Below are positions 10,703 to 22,169 of a DNA stretch of 33,160 nucleotides, in pieces. The DNA is from Fonticula alba ATCC 38817 (taxonomy: Eukaryota; Protista; Nucleariida): NCBI GenBank assembly GCA_000388065.2, contig KB932201.1; one strand, written 5' to 3'. Position 1 is the stretch's first letter. Each line of letters begins with the position of its first letter. Below the pieces are notes generated by a model, which saw nothing but the letters and a program-made list of their open reading frames with translations, did not search any database and was not told where the DNA came from. The translations under genes and the position numbers were made by a program.

Positions 10703-12110
10703 TCAGGCGGGCACCGGGTCGGAGGGTGTGGGCATCTTGACGAGGGATCGCCAGTCTGGCAGGACTTCCGCCTTGTGGAGGATGAACACCGACACGGCGG
10801 CCGAGAGGCCCAGGAACACCAAGCCGATGGTCAAGCCGACGCCAAGAGCCACTTTCGGGTCGAAAGGGGTGGTTTCTAGGCCGGGGGAAAGGGCACGGTG
10901 GCCGAAGGGCGAGGCAAGAAGGCGACAAGCCGGCAGGTCAGTCCCAGTGCGGGGTATGTGAAGAGCAGCCGGTCGCGGGAGGCAGCAAGCGTGGCCATGG
11001 TGGCACTGAGGGGCGGATGGAGGGGTGGCTGGCCGGGGGGGNNNNNNNNNNNNNNNNNNNNNNNNNNNNNNNNNNNNNNNNNNNNNNNNNNNNNNNNNNN
11101 NNNNNNNNNNNNGAGCAAGGCCCAGGGGGGGGGGGGGGGGGGGGGGCATGGAAGAGGAGCAACCATGCCCTGGCCAGGCGGCGGGCATGATGTGACGCGA
11201 GGGCATGGTCGGTACCTTTCGGCGGTGTGGGCGGGGTGGGCGGGGTGTGATACCAATCGCAATCGGAGTCCAGGGGGCCCCTGCATTTCAGGCATCCGGG
11301 AGCACACGCCCTGCAGCGATAGTCCCCGCTGGTGGAGTTGTCGGGATAGTAGGATGGAGGGCACTGGCTCAGGCATTCCTCATCATTTAGCAGGTAGTAG
11401 CCAAACTTGCACCTCCAGCAGGTGGTAGAGGCTGGGCATGTCAGCCCTTTGCCCGAGGCGATGGTGCAATGGATGTCCTCTCGAGGTTGATTGCAATCTT
11501 CGCAGTTGGCCGGGCAGTCGACGCACACCTTGTGCGGCATGGTGCCGGTTTTTTTTTTCAGATATTTGATGGTGGCTGCCCCCTGGTGAGCCGGGCAGCT
11601 CTGGAAGCAGGCCCCCACCTCGGGGCGCAGGACGCCCGTCACACAGGCAAGGCAATGGTCGTAGGGATCCATACACTCGAGGCAGGAGTGGTGGCATGGG
11701 AGGCAGGCCGGGGCGAAGTCCACGCCATAGTGCCCAAAGGGGCACTCGAAATGGCAGCGATAGTTGGTCAGCACATGGTACGATATCTCGCAGGCGGTGC
11801 ACTTGACAGTGCATGAATGGGGCATGGCGGTGCATTTTTCACAGAGCGCCGGGCAGCACTCTTGGGTGTTGCTGCATGGATTGAAGTAGCTGGGGCAGGG
11901 GCCGGCGGAAACTCCGGCCGAGGCATCGGCGGCAGCGGCGGGGGAGGTGGCATTGGGCCAGGCGAGCGAGCGGTCCGGGGTAGGGTGCTCGGCGGGCGGA
12001 CTCGAGGGGGCGTCCAAGTGCGGGACGGTGGTGGAGCTGGTCACTTGGGGTGACTGGACGATCAGCAGGGCCATCAGCAGCAGCAGCAGCCAGGCCGATC
12101 GGCGGTGCAT
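10703..12110 (-). CDS. Type-I membrane protein with furin-like (FU) Cys-rich repeats, paralog 2 (2 exons, about 355 aa)
   Basis: Exon 1 12110-11216: signal MHRRSAWLLLLLMALLIVQSPQVTS, repeats such as CWRCKFGYYLLNDEECLSQCPPSYY and CRACAPGCLKCRGPLDSDC. Phase-1 intron 11215-10876 (GTACCG..CTAG, branch-like CTGAC near 10938, spans the N gap). Exon 2 10875-10703 encodes TM VALGVGLTIGLVFLGLSAAVSVFIL and a short tail. Total 1068 nt, in frame. Confidence 0.85.
11042..11112. other. Assembly gap (71 N) flanked by poly-G
   Basis: N run preceded by G7 (11035-11041) and followed closely by G22 (11125-11146). Confidence 0.99.
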
Positions 12111-14268
12111 GGCCCAGGGGGACTGGGCGCTGGGTCTGGCCGGCTGACATCCCGGAGTGGGGGCCCGTCTTTGGGGCCACTGCCGGGCGCGTGCGCGACC
12201 AAGTAAGGGCATGGTGCTCGGGGATGTGGGCCGGGGCAGAAGGGCTCGCGAGGGGGCGGCGAGGAGAAGAGTCGAGCTGGGCAGGAGGGAAGGAGGGGAA
12301 GAGGGGATACGGCCACATGGAGCTGGATGATGGGTCTTTAAGGGTAAGCCTGAGGACCAGCAGCGGCAGCTGCCCGATGGTGGACTGCCCAGCCGATGCT
12401 CTAACCTTGAGCGAAGGGATCATGGACAATGTCTGTGTGTGTGTGTGTGTGCGTAGCTGGCGGAGCCGGGAGGGGGTGGATAGAAAAGGGAAGCCATCTT
12501 CCTGGTTTCCCCTGCCAGCCGGGGGGGGGGGGGGGGCGGACTCGCGCCTGAATGCCAGGCGGCCGACCCTTTTTTTCCGGCCCGCGCTGTCGGCAGGCCA
12601 TCAGAGGGCAGGGGGGCTCCGCGGAGGGTGAGCTGGCCGATGTACCGAGTGCCAGGTACCCAGTGGGACCCAGAATGGCTGGGTCTACGAGAGAGTGAGG
12701 CAGTCCGAGTGAGTGAGAGCGAGAATCCAGAGGCTCGGTACAGGCCGGGCCCACGGGCTCCGGTGAAGATCGCGCCTCGGTTCTAAGGGGCCGGGCGGAT
12801 GGTCCCGGGTTCGAAGGGGAGTGCGTGCCCCGGGCACGCGATGGCCGAGCCAGCAAGTTGGCTCGACGCCGGGAATGGGCGAATGGGATCACCTTGGGGG
12901 TGGGGCTGACCCGGGCTCGGGCATCAGATGGGGCCCGCCACGCGGACCGTGCGGGGTGTGCGCGCGCGGGCCTGCCTTTCGCTGCGTCTGGCTCCAGGTC
13001 GGCAGGGGTTCGCGTCGGGGGGGGGGCGGCACGCTGTTCGCCCGAGTCTCGGGCAGTGGAGGGGGAGTCGGCAAAAGGACCTTTTCGGAAGTCCAGCGAA
13101 GGAGGAGTCTGCATCATTATCCCCCGATGTTTGCCGTTTCGGGCGCGCCCGCGAATCGCGCTGCTCCGAGGGGCCTCCCGGGGATTGTTATTTCCATGGG
13201 CCGGCCGAGCCTGCCGGCGCGGGGCAGTGTGAGATTGTCAACGGCCGATGCCCCCCTCCCCCGGCCGGGAGTCGTGGCGCTTGTATTCCGTGGGTGCGGG
13301 CTCCCGCGGATGGGCCCATGGCACGGGGATTGCGCGAGGCCGTGGCTGCCGGAGGGCCGAAATGCGCCACAAGCCGGGCCCGGGGCGCGCGCGGCACTGT
13401 GCCCGGGTGGTGTGCTTGGCCTCGGGCCCGGAGCTGCGATGTGCATGGGCGGTGTGATGTGCTGGCTTCTTGCCAGGACCCCCTCCGGTGATGGGGGGCA
13501 TTGCTCCGGATGTACGGACAGCGGAACTCCGGACCCTGCGTCCTCCTCGGCCGGCATTCTTTTTCGGGAGTAGGTTCTGCTGGTGCGTGTGTGTGTGTGC
13601 GCATAGGGGGTGGGCTGTGCCGGCCGGCTGTTGTTGGAAGCCGGACGTGCTGCAGCCATAACTGGTGTGATGCATGCGCGGCTGTCCTCGGGGGAATATG
13701 CCCGGCCCTCGGATGCCGGTGTATGCTGGACCCTTGGGCACGGGGGTGGTGCCCTCGGCACCGATGGGCGGCCTTGTCCGGCCAGGAGGCGCTTCAATGG
13801 TCTCCTGGCCATGGGGCTGGGGCTTGGTTCGCGTGTTTTGGTGCGAGGTGCCCCATACCGGGGCACCCATGGGCCCGGTGATGGCCGTCCGCCGGATTCC
13901 GGTGAGGTTGTGGCGGGCGACGGAGGGTGCGGCATTGCGGCGCCGAGAGGCCCGGACATGGAGAGACCTTGCGCTGGGCCAAGTCTTGCCTTGGGGGGGG
14001 GGGGGGGGATGGTGGCTGGCCCTGGGCCCCACGGAGGAGGCGGCCCAAGAGCCGGGATGCTCGGGGCTCTCTCCCGGTCAGCAAGTCACCTCACGACCGT
14101 GCCCTTCCCGTCGACCCCATTGGTGTTGCAGTGACACTGACCCGTTCCTCCTTCGAGCCAGCCTCCTTGCGAGACGCCTCCTCCCTTGACCAGCTCGTCG
14201 GGCCCCGCGCCGGCCCTCCTCCTCCTCTGCCACTTCCCGCTCGCCGCCTGGCCCTCGCCAAGCCGGCC

Positions 14269-15447
14269 ATGAGGCATTTCGTGGCCCGCGTCCTGTTGGC
14301 CCTGGTATGGGTGTCGGCCCTGGTGGCGGGCCAGACACCGGACCCGGTCCGGATCATGGACAACCCCCATGCGGAAACCATCCCCGACAGGTTCATTGTC
14401 GTCTTCCATGGAGTGACATCCGTGGAGCAGGCGCGTTCCTTCTCCGAGGAGGTGGGCTCCGGGACGTTCTTCCACATTGGCAGCCGGTTCAAGGCCCTGG
14501 TGGGGGCCCTGTTGCCGGAGGCACTGGCGCGCATTCAGGCCCGCGGCGACCTGGTGGCGTACATCGAGCCGGACCAGGCGGTGCGCCTTGCGGCCATCAG
14601 CCAGAAGGATCCGCCGTGGAATTTGGATCGCCTGGACCAGCGGTCCCTGCCGCTGGACAATCGGTACTGGTATTACGACCATGCCGGGGCCGGCGCCTCG
14701 GTGTATGTTCTCGACACCGGCATCAACAAAAGCCACGTCGGGTTCAAGGGGAACCTCCATTACGGGTGGAACTTCCATGACAACACCCCGTATGCGGATG
14801 ACTACCATGGCCATGGCACGGCGGTGGCCGGCATCATCGGCAGCGAGAATTACGGCGTGGCCAAGTCGGCCGCCATCTTCGGCGTCCGGGTGACCGACAA
14901 TGCGGGCAGTGGTACGAACTCGGCCCTGGTCCAGGGGATTGGCTTTGTGGCGGAGGCACATCGGAAAAGCATGCGAAAGATGACCGTCGGTTCGATTTCG
15001 CTCCTCACGCCCGCCAGTCAGGCCTTGGACGATGCGGTTCTGGCGGCCACCGAGGCGGGAGTCTTGTTTGTCAGTGCGGCTGGAAATGGCAATGGCGATG
15101 CGTGCCAATGGTCGCCGGGCCGGCTGTCGGAGGTGCTCAATGTGGCGTCGGTGAATAATCGTGACACGCGCATGAGCGCCTCGAACTTCGGGCCCTGCGT
15201 GGACATCTTCGCCCCAGGCGACAGCATCCCAACGACCGGGCACGCATCGTCCACGGCCGTCTCGTATTTTTCCGGGACCTCGGCCGCGGCGCCCCATGCA
15301 TCCGGGGTGGCTGCTTTGGTGTTGGCCAATTTCGGCCCCCGAAGCCCGGCCGATCTTCGGAAGTACGTTCTCGAGATGGCGACCAACAATAAGGTGATCG
15401 ATTCGCAGGGCTCGCCCAATCGCCTGCTCTTCTCGATGTTTGCCTAG
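14269..15447 (+). CDS. Secreted subtilisin-like serine protease (S8A, proteinase K/aqualysin subfamily) with I9-type prodomain, 392 aa
   Basis: gccATG at 14269; signal MRHFVARVLLALVWVSALVAG; prodomain (IPDRFIVVF...VAYIEPDQAV). Catalytic motifs VYVLDTG (Asp), DYHGHGTAVAG (His), SGTSAAAPH (Ser), oxyanion SAAGN; also DACQWSP/FGPCVDIFAPG and C-terminal GSPNRLL. No intron. Confidence 0.95.
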   Translation: MRHFVARVLLALVWVSALVAGQTPDPVRIMDNPHAETIPDRFIVVFHGVTSVEQARSFSEEVGSGTFFHIGSRFKALVGALLPEALARIQARGDLVAYIEPDQAVRLAAISQKDPPWNLDRLDQRSLPLDNRYWYYDHAGAGASVYVLDTGINKSHVGFKGNLHYGWNFHDNTPYADDYHGHGTAVAGIIGSENYGVAKSAAIFGVRVTDNAGSGTNSALVQGIGFVAEAHRKSMRKMTVGSISLLTPASQALDDAVLAATEAGVLFVSAAGNGNGDACQWSPGRLSEVLNVASVNNRDTRMSASNFGPCVDIFAPGDSIPTTGHASSTAVSYFSGTSAAAPHASGVAALVLANFGPRSPADLRKYVLEMATNNKVIDSQGSPNRLLFSMFA

Positions 15448-18400
15448 GCCCCGGGGCCTTTCTGTGGCATGTCGGCGGGCGAGCCCTGCCGTGGGGCGCT
15501 TGGCTCCGAGCTGGGCAGTTGTGCCAGCCGTTATGGACACAGGCCGCCAGTCGGCTTCGCAACGAGCGGACCCAGGCGCTTGGGACTGCATTTGCCTTTC
15601 GAAAAAAGGCCCCGGCCCTATCCGGTGTCAAGGCCGACCTTGGATCCGAATACAGGCAACATGGGTTTCCGCTCCCCCGGCGACGGATGGCTGTGGGACC
15701 TCATGCCTTTCGCGAGGTGGTTACTTTATTCCCGAGCACCAGCACCGAATGGGGCTGGGCCGAGGGGCATATCTCTCAGCAGAGGGGTTGGGCTGCTGGG
15801 TGCGTGTGCGACCATTGGTTCCGGGTGTTGTTTTTTTTTTTCGGGCACCCACGGCGAGTGAAGGACCATCGCAGAGGCCGGAGGACGGGCGCATGGTGTC
15901 CGGAAATGTGTAGCCTCCACGGAGGGAGGTCGGCCCTTCGGGGCGGATGCTCTTCCCATGGCTCGGGTTGGGCGTCGACCGGGGCGCGAGGGCGAAGGCG
16001 GTCAGCCGCGGTGGGGCTACATTCAGGCGGCTGGGACTCCGATACAAGAAGGTTTTGGCCAGGTGGAAGAAGCATTCCGGATTCCTCCCTCGCGGGCTCA
16101 TGATCCATGGTATCCTGCACGCTCCTGAGGTCTGGCCTCTTTTCCGCCTGAAGGAGGCAATGCTCGTGTGCGGCATCGGGCGGCTGTTTATGCCAAGCGC
16201 CTGGTCATGGGCGCCTCCCGGCCTGGTGGCTCTCCTTCCCGGTGGGCTACTCCGTCGAGGGGCATCATGCTGCATGTGGCGCTTCGGGCACATGCCGGTA
16301 TTATTCCGGGCCTCCGGGCGAGCGGCCAGCACCAATGGCGGCCAGAGGGGCCCTGTGCACGGGTGCACCGCCAAAGAGGTCGGTCTTGGTGGCGATCCTT
16401 GATGTGGATGGCGGCTCTTGCACGCCGGAGGGGCCCAGGTGTCGGCAGTGCACCTGCATGGAGGGCCAGAGGGGCTATTGGACTCGAGGACAACCAGGGC
16501 CTCGGGCGACCAGGCGAATCGAAACGGGCTACGCTTGGGAGGCATGTATGTGCCACCGGGGCCTGGGTGTTGGGCGCGCTTCTCCAAGGGGGGGCATCCC
16601 ACGGGGGATTCGGCCTCAAGGATGGCCGCCCCCCTGAGCGCGTCCGAAGTGGCGGACTGGCCCGGGCCTGCGGACGTTGGGGGCCAAGATGTCCGGCCGA
16701 GTGCCTGGGTGGCCGGGCGCGCATGCCGCCCGAGCCGCTGTGTTGCCCTTGCTGGACCATGTGGGGGCCCATGTCTTCCGCGACCGCCGGCAAGTGTCCG
16801 GGCGGTTGTCGTCCATCAGGGCGTGGCTGTGGGGATGGGCCCGAGCTTGGGCTCTGGGCGGCGAGGGGTTCTCTCCTCTGTGGCCCGGCCGGGAGATTGC
16901 CACGACCAAGTCCAGCGCCATAACCGCGATTCGATGGCCGTGGGATGGTCGCATGAAGGTGTATTGGGGAAAAAAAAGAGAAAGCTCGATCGGCGGGGGA
17001 CAAAGGCCTTGCAACTTGGCGGCACTCTTGGCCTCCACCCGTGGCCTGTGATGGAGGCGGTCTCGGGGGGGAGAGGCTCGGCTTGGCTTATCCGGCCGGG
17101 GAAGCGGGGGATTTCTCGCCGGGCCTCCGGTGTGTCGGGGACGAACTCAAGCCGCCTCGGTCCGGCCCGACACGAGCCCCTGCTGCCTTTTCATCTCGGC
17201 CAAGACCGAAGCCAAGCGCGAGAGCCCATGGCCGGGAGGGGATGTGGCGCCCGGGGCCCGGGCCCCTGCGTGAGCATGAGCCGGTGCTCGGCGGCGGCCA
17301 TCAGATGGTGTGTCAAGCTGCTGACAGTCGGATGTCGGGATGCCGGCAAGGTGCCCCGGCCCTGGGTGTGCACCGGGCGCATAGGCGGACGGAGGGCCGG
17401 CGCCTGGACCGAGGCGAGCATGCCCGGGAATCCGCCCAACGTGGCAGCGGAAACAGAAACGCTTTGTGCCTGGGCAGGCTCTTCCGCGGGGCTTTCGCGA
17501 CATGCTCATTGTTCCTTGTGTCGGCGGTCCGGGACCACCCGGCGTGCGGGGCATGCCGGAGGGAGGTCGATGACTCGCTGCCGAGCGGGAGTAGGGCAGA
17601 AAGGCCAATCCGGCGGGTGTGCTTGGTGAGCCGCAAGGTAGCATTGAGTGTATGCGTTTTGCCCGGGGAGCGGGGAGTGCGGGTGTTGGCTGTTGAGAGC
17701 TGATCGCGGAGCGCGTGCTGGTCGGTGGTCCATCGGAGGAGGGCGGTCGAGAGGGGTCTTCCTTGAAGACCCGCGGATGGGGGGGGGGGGGGTAAAATCG
17801 GCGTGGCCCGGTCGGTGCCCCGGGGACCAGGACACTTGGGCTGTGGACGTGCTGCCAGGATGCACCAGGCCGGAGGTCCGCTTGCACCTGGACGGCGGGG
17901 ATCCACGTGGGGCGGGGGGGAACGTCTGCTCGAGCAGGGGCTGCCGGCACCGCTCCCCATGCTCTGGGCGGTTCAGGGGAGAACCGGCCAAGCGTCGGGT
18001 TGTGAGAGCCGCGTGCCTCCCGGTGGAACGCAGTAGAAGCAGGGAGCGGGAGCAAAGGCACGATATATCGGGGGCTCGGCAAGGGAGTAATATGAGGGGC
18101 AGTTTGGGAGGCCCAGCACGAGGGAGGAGACACCGCCGGGGCGAGGCGCCGCCAGAAGGTGCCGCGAGGGGCTCGCGAGGGCTGGCGGCCTCGGACCGTC
18201 GGTGTCAGCTTGCGCCGGGCCAACAAGGGATGAGGTCCAGGGCGCATGGGGCGGTCCTGGCGGCGGCCTTCCGATCCCCGCCGCGCTCGGTCCCCGGTGT
18301 CGAGCTGTGATGCCGCGCACGAGGAGGTGTGGAGCTTGAGATCTGGGGATGGACATGTGTGGCATGGTATGTGTGCTGGAAGGGGGAGTTGGTCGCCTGC

Positions 18401-21400
18401 GGGGCCGGGGGGCGGGGGGGGGGGGGGGGACAGGTGCCCGGGGCACACCGGGCCATGGGGGGAGGCAGCGAGGACGTGGCCTTTCCGAAGGGGGGAATGC
18501 AGCCTCCGTCTGCGGCCCCCAGGGGCAAGTGCTTGTTGGAAGGTCGGTGCATGGGCCTGCGGGGCCTGGCCCGGCCCTCGTCTTGCAGGGAAGCTGCATC
18601 GTCCGCCGAGCACACGTCGGGGCTGGCTCCTGGAAACCGGGAACTCCGAAGCCCGGGAAAAGGGGGAACAATGCTGGCATGGGGGTATGTATTGGGATCT
18701 GACGGCAGGGCATGTGTCTGGATGTGCGCAAGGAGTCACGCATACAAGGCATTCTCGCGGGTCCCGGGCGGGAGGCAGTCTGGCGAAGCGCCGGCGCCCG
18801 GGGGCCGGGGCGTGGGCGGACAACGCATGTCCAGCGGGAGGAACAGATCGACATTCGACCTCGGGGTCCAGAGCACCCTCCCGGGGGGGCCTGACGGCGG
18901 AGAGGCGTCGGACAAGGCCCGGGGCCTGGGAGGGCAGGGCCTCGGGGAGACAGGTGCTCTGGCGCGGGGTGGGCCATGGCACCGGCACATGTGCATGGCA
19001 GCATGGCGGGCCGCATGAACAGTGTGTGGCGCGGAACCGGGTGCCGAGCGACTGTGTTCCCGGCGGGGAGGGGTTCCCTCGCCAGGGTGTCCCGCGCGCG
19101 AGAGATCCATTAACATGGGCGTTCTCCGAGAGCCGGTCGCGCGTCCGAGGGCGGGTTCAATCCGGCCTGGGGGGCGGATGCGCTTGGGGCCGCGGGACGC
19201 GTGGCTGTACTTTCGGTGCCGCGGCCCGGCAGCGGGCCAGGGATCGTGCCTACATGCCCGTCAAGCGTGTGACGGCGATGGCCGGCGAGGCTGGGCAGGG
19301 GGCATTGTTTGCCGGCATGGAGGGGAGCTCATCACCTTGGCATGCCCCACCAACCGGCAGGGATGAAGATACACGACAAGCAACGAATCACCGGCAACGC
19401 CTCATGCCGGAGAGGGAGGCGAGCGCTGGTTTCCACGGGAGGAACGGAGGAATGTGGTGAACATCAAAGCGCAGTTGGCGACAAGCCTTGCCTGTCGAAT
19501 GGGCGCGGCCGACGTGTCAAGTGCGAGGTTGCGGGAGACACACCCCGAGGCGGGGGGATAGTGCGGCGGGCGGGGAATTCGACCGCTTCCTCAGCTGCGC
19601 ATATGCATGTCCCCTGACCGGAGCAACGGCATAAGCCAAGCATCAGGCCCGACCCATGGGTCAGCAGCCGCCGGTGCTCCAGCCGCATGGCAGAGACAGG
19701 GTCAGCGGTCAATCGGTAAAGGGAGAGAGAGAGAGAGAGGGCGACCATTTCCCGGCGAGCGCCGTGACCGGGTACGAGGAGAGGGGCTGGTGGGCACGAA
19801 GAGCAAGAGGACGGACGGCGGTGCCCTCTGGATGGCGGGAGGTCGCCGGCCCTCGGGACGGCCGAACGGGGGGGGGGCGGGGGGCCGGTCGGGCTGGAGA
19901 GCGTCCTACGGCGTGGCGGAGAGGCGAAGTGTACGGGGCCAGGGCCGCTGGGAGTGTGGGGGTCTTGCTAGGGAGGCATTCAGGTCGGTGGGCTTTTTTC
20001 GGAGAGGGAGCGGGGCAATAGTGTTCCAACCACGTGCCAGGGGCGCGAACGGCCTGGTGGCCGGCCCCTAGGCAGACGAGGGTCTGTTGGAAGGCAGTGT
20101 CACCCAGGGAGGGGGGCGGGGGGGGAGTGAGAAGACCCCGATTTGGGCATCTTGCGCGCAGATTACCGGCGAGCCCGAGTCGAAATAGACCACAGGGAGA
20201 TTTCTCCTGGGCGGGGTCCAGAACACCTGAGGAAGCCTGGATTCCTGACTCCCAGGGAGGGCGGGGGGGGTATCCACCGCCAAAATGACCGCCCCCGGAG
20301 TGGATGTCGGGCTGCGGGCTGCGCCGGCCATCCGAGGGCGGCCTTGACTTGGGACCGGTGCTCGTGCGAGGCGCTGGGGGCGCTTTCGATTCCATGCCGG
20401 CTGGGCGTGTGCGAGGGATCGGGGGGCAATGTGGCCCCCTGGCGTCGGGCACCACGGCCGCCCGGGGCAGGGCCCGGAGAAAGAGCCCTATTCGGTGGGC
20501 ACCGAGAGAATGGCGGCCCGGGGCGGCGAACATCGGCGAGAGCCAGGGGTGTCTGAGATGATGGAATGGCCACGCGAGGGAATCGGCCCGAGCCAGGCGC
20601 GTGGAACCCGCCGAGTCGGTTGGCACAACCACCGGCGCAACTTCCGACTTTGCCAATATGTACTCCCAACCCCGTTATCCCACCCTTGATGGGCAGTTTG
20701 CATCGGCTTGCAGTGAGACCAGTGGGCCTGTGGGACGAGGAAGCACATCGGCCGGGGAGGTCCAGGGGATGGTCGGGCAATGGGGCATCCCAACGTGCGG
20801 GAGAGTCAGGGGGCGCAAGTTGACGCGGGTTCCCGCCCCAAGCGTGGGGCATGGTTGACTCTCCGGAACAGATGGTGGCCGCGTGTTGTTCGGTCGGGCA
20901 GGGGGACTCTCGAGCCATGCGGGTGTTTTTTGTTGTTGTTGTTGTTTTTCCTCGCCCCCCCCCCCCGTAAATGCCGAGGTTGCTGGTGCATCGGGCCTGG
21001 GCGAAAGATTGCCGGCCCCCTGGGCGTGGGATTCATATTGGAAACGAGGGTGCCCAGATGTCTCGGGCGGGAGGGAAGGAGGTTGTCGGTGAATTTGACC
21101 CTCCAGTGGAGGGGGGGGGGCGTTTCTTTATCCCCGCGTGCGTGGCCTCCGAGCGGGGTTACTGCACTTCCGGGCCGCGGTGTCCGTCTGCAGGAATACC
21201 GGAAATGAGTGCCCCTCCGTCGGTGGCCGGGTCCTTGTCCGGGGGTTTCGCCGTTATACCAGCATCATACGATTGAATGTGGTATGGCTGTGTTCGTCCC
21301 CCCCCCCCTCCCCCTCTCGTCCATCCACATGGACCGAGTGCATATGATCCGCGCGTCGAAGACCGCCGCCATACATGGCACTGGGGGTGCTTTTCCTGGT

Positions 21401-22169
21401 CCGCCGCGTGCGGCTAGGGCCCCCCCCCCCGGGCTGGCATTCGGGCAGTGAACTCTTTGAACCGCTCCCGATTTCCGCCAGGAGAGGGGACGGACCCATT
21501 ACCCGGCCGTCCATTGCGTGAAGTTGTCTCGAGCGCAGGGTTCTCGCCCCCAAGAGGCCGGCCCTTGCGAGATGAGTCCAACACGTCATGGGGCTGGCCC
21601 GTGGCCAAGCGACAGGACCCTTTCCTTTGATTGTCTCCCTCTCTGCCGGCCCCTTCACTCTCTCGGCCCGCTTTTCGGTCAGCATCAAAGACGGTGCCTG
21701 GCATGGTAGGCAACACACACCGAGCCGGCGCATCCCTCGCGGTCGGGTGCCATGCGGCATCGGCACTGGGCAGCCCCATGGCCAAGGGCCTCCGGCACAC
21801 AGGAGGGGCTTGGCACCCACATGGTTTGGGGATCGGACAAGTCAATCCCACCCAAGCGTGATGGCGGTCTTGTATTCCGGCAATATTGGCTCTTCAGCAT
21901 GGTCGGCGGGGCGGGAAAAAAATCGCGCCGCACGCCCGCCCCCTTCGTGGGAGGGGTGCAGAGGGGGCCGTCCCGCCTCGGAGGCACTCCGAATGAAGGG
22001 CGGCCCACCGGTCGCACAGGGAAGGCACCCCAGCGAGGGTGTCCTTCGTAATGGCTCCGGACGTGCTGGGGGATCAACATTGCAACCGAGGAAAGGCGAT
22101 GCTACGCTCGGTGAGGCGCCAGAGGGGCGCTGAGATGGCATAATCCCGGCACACGGGCCGGGCTGACAC

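Noticed and set aside
12800-12820. GGTTCGA T-loop-like motifs (also about 9114 and 32789) as tRNA genes
   Set aside because: No acceptor, D or anticodon arms can be folded around them.
13927-14268. 114-aa N-terminal extension of the subtilisin ORF
   Set aside because: It crosses a poly-G run and a pyrimidine-rich leader; the signal peptide and gccATG context begin at 14269.
14086-15591. 501-aa minus-strand ORF
   Set aside because: Antisense shadow of the subtilisin CDS.
17147-18988. 613-aa minus-strand ORF
   Set aside because: Pro/Arg-rich, spans poly-C runs, has no recognisable motif, and equally long ORFs occur in other frames.
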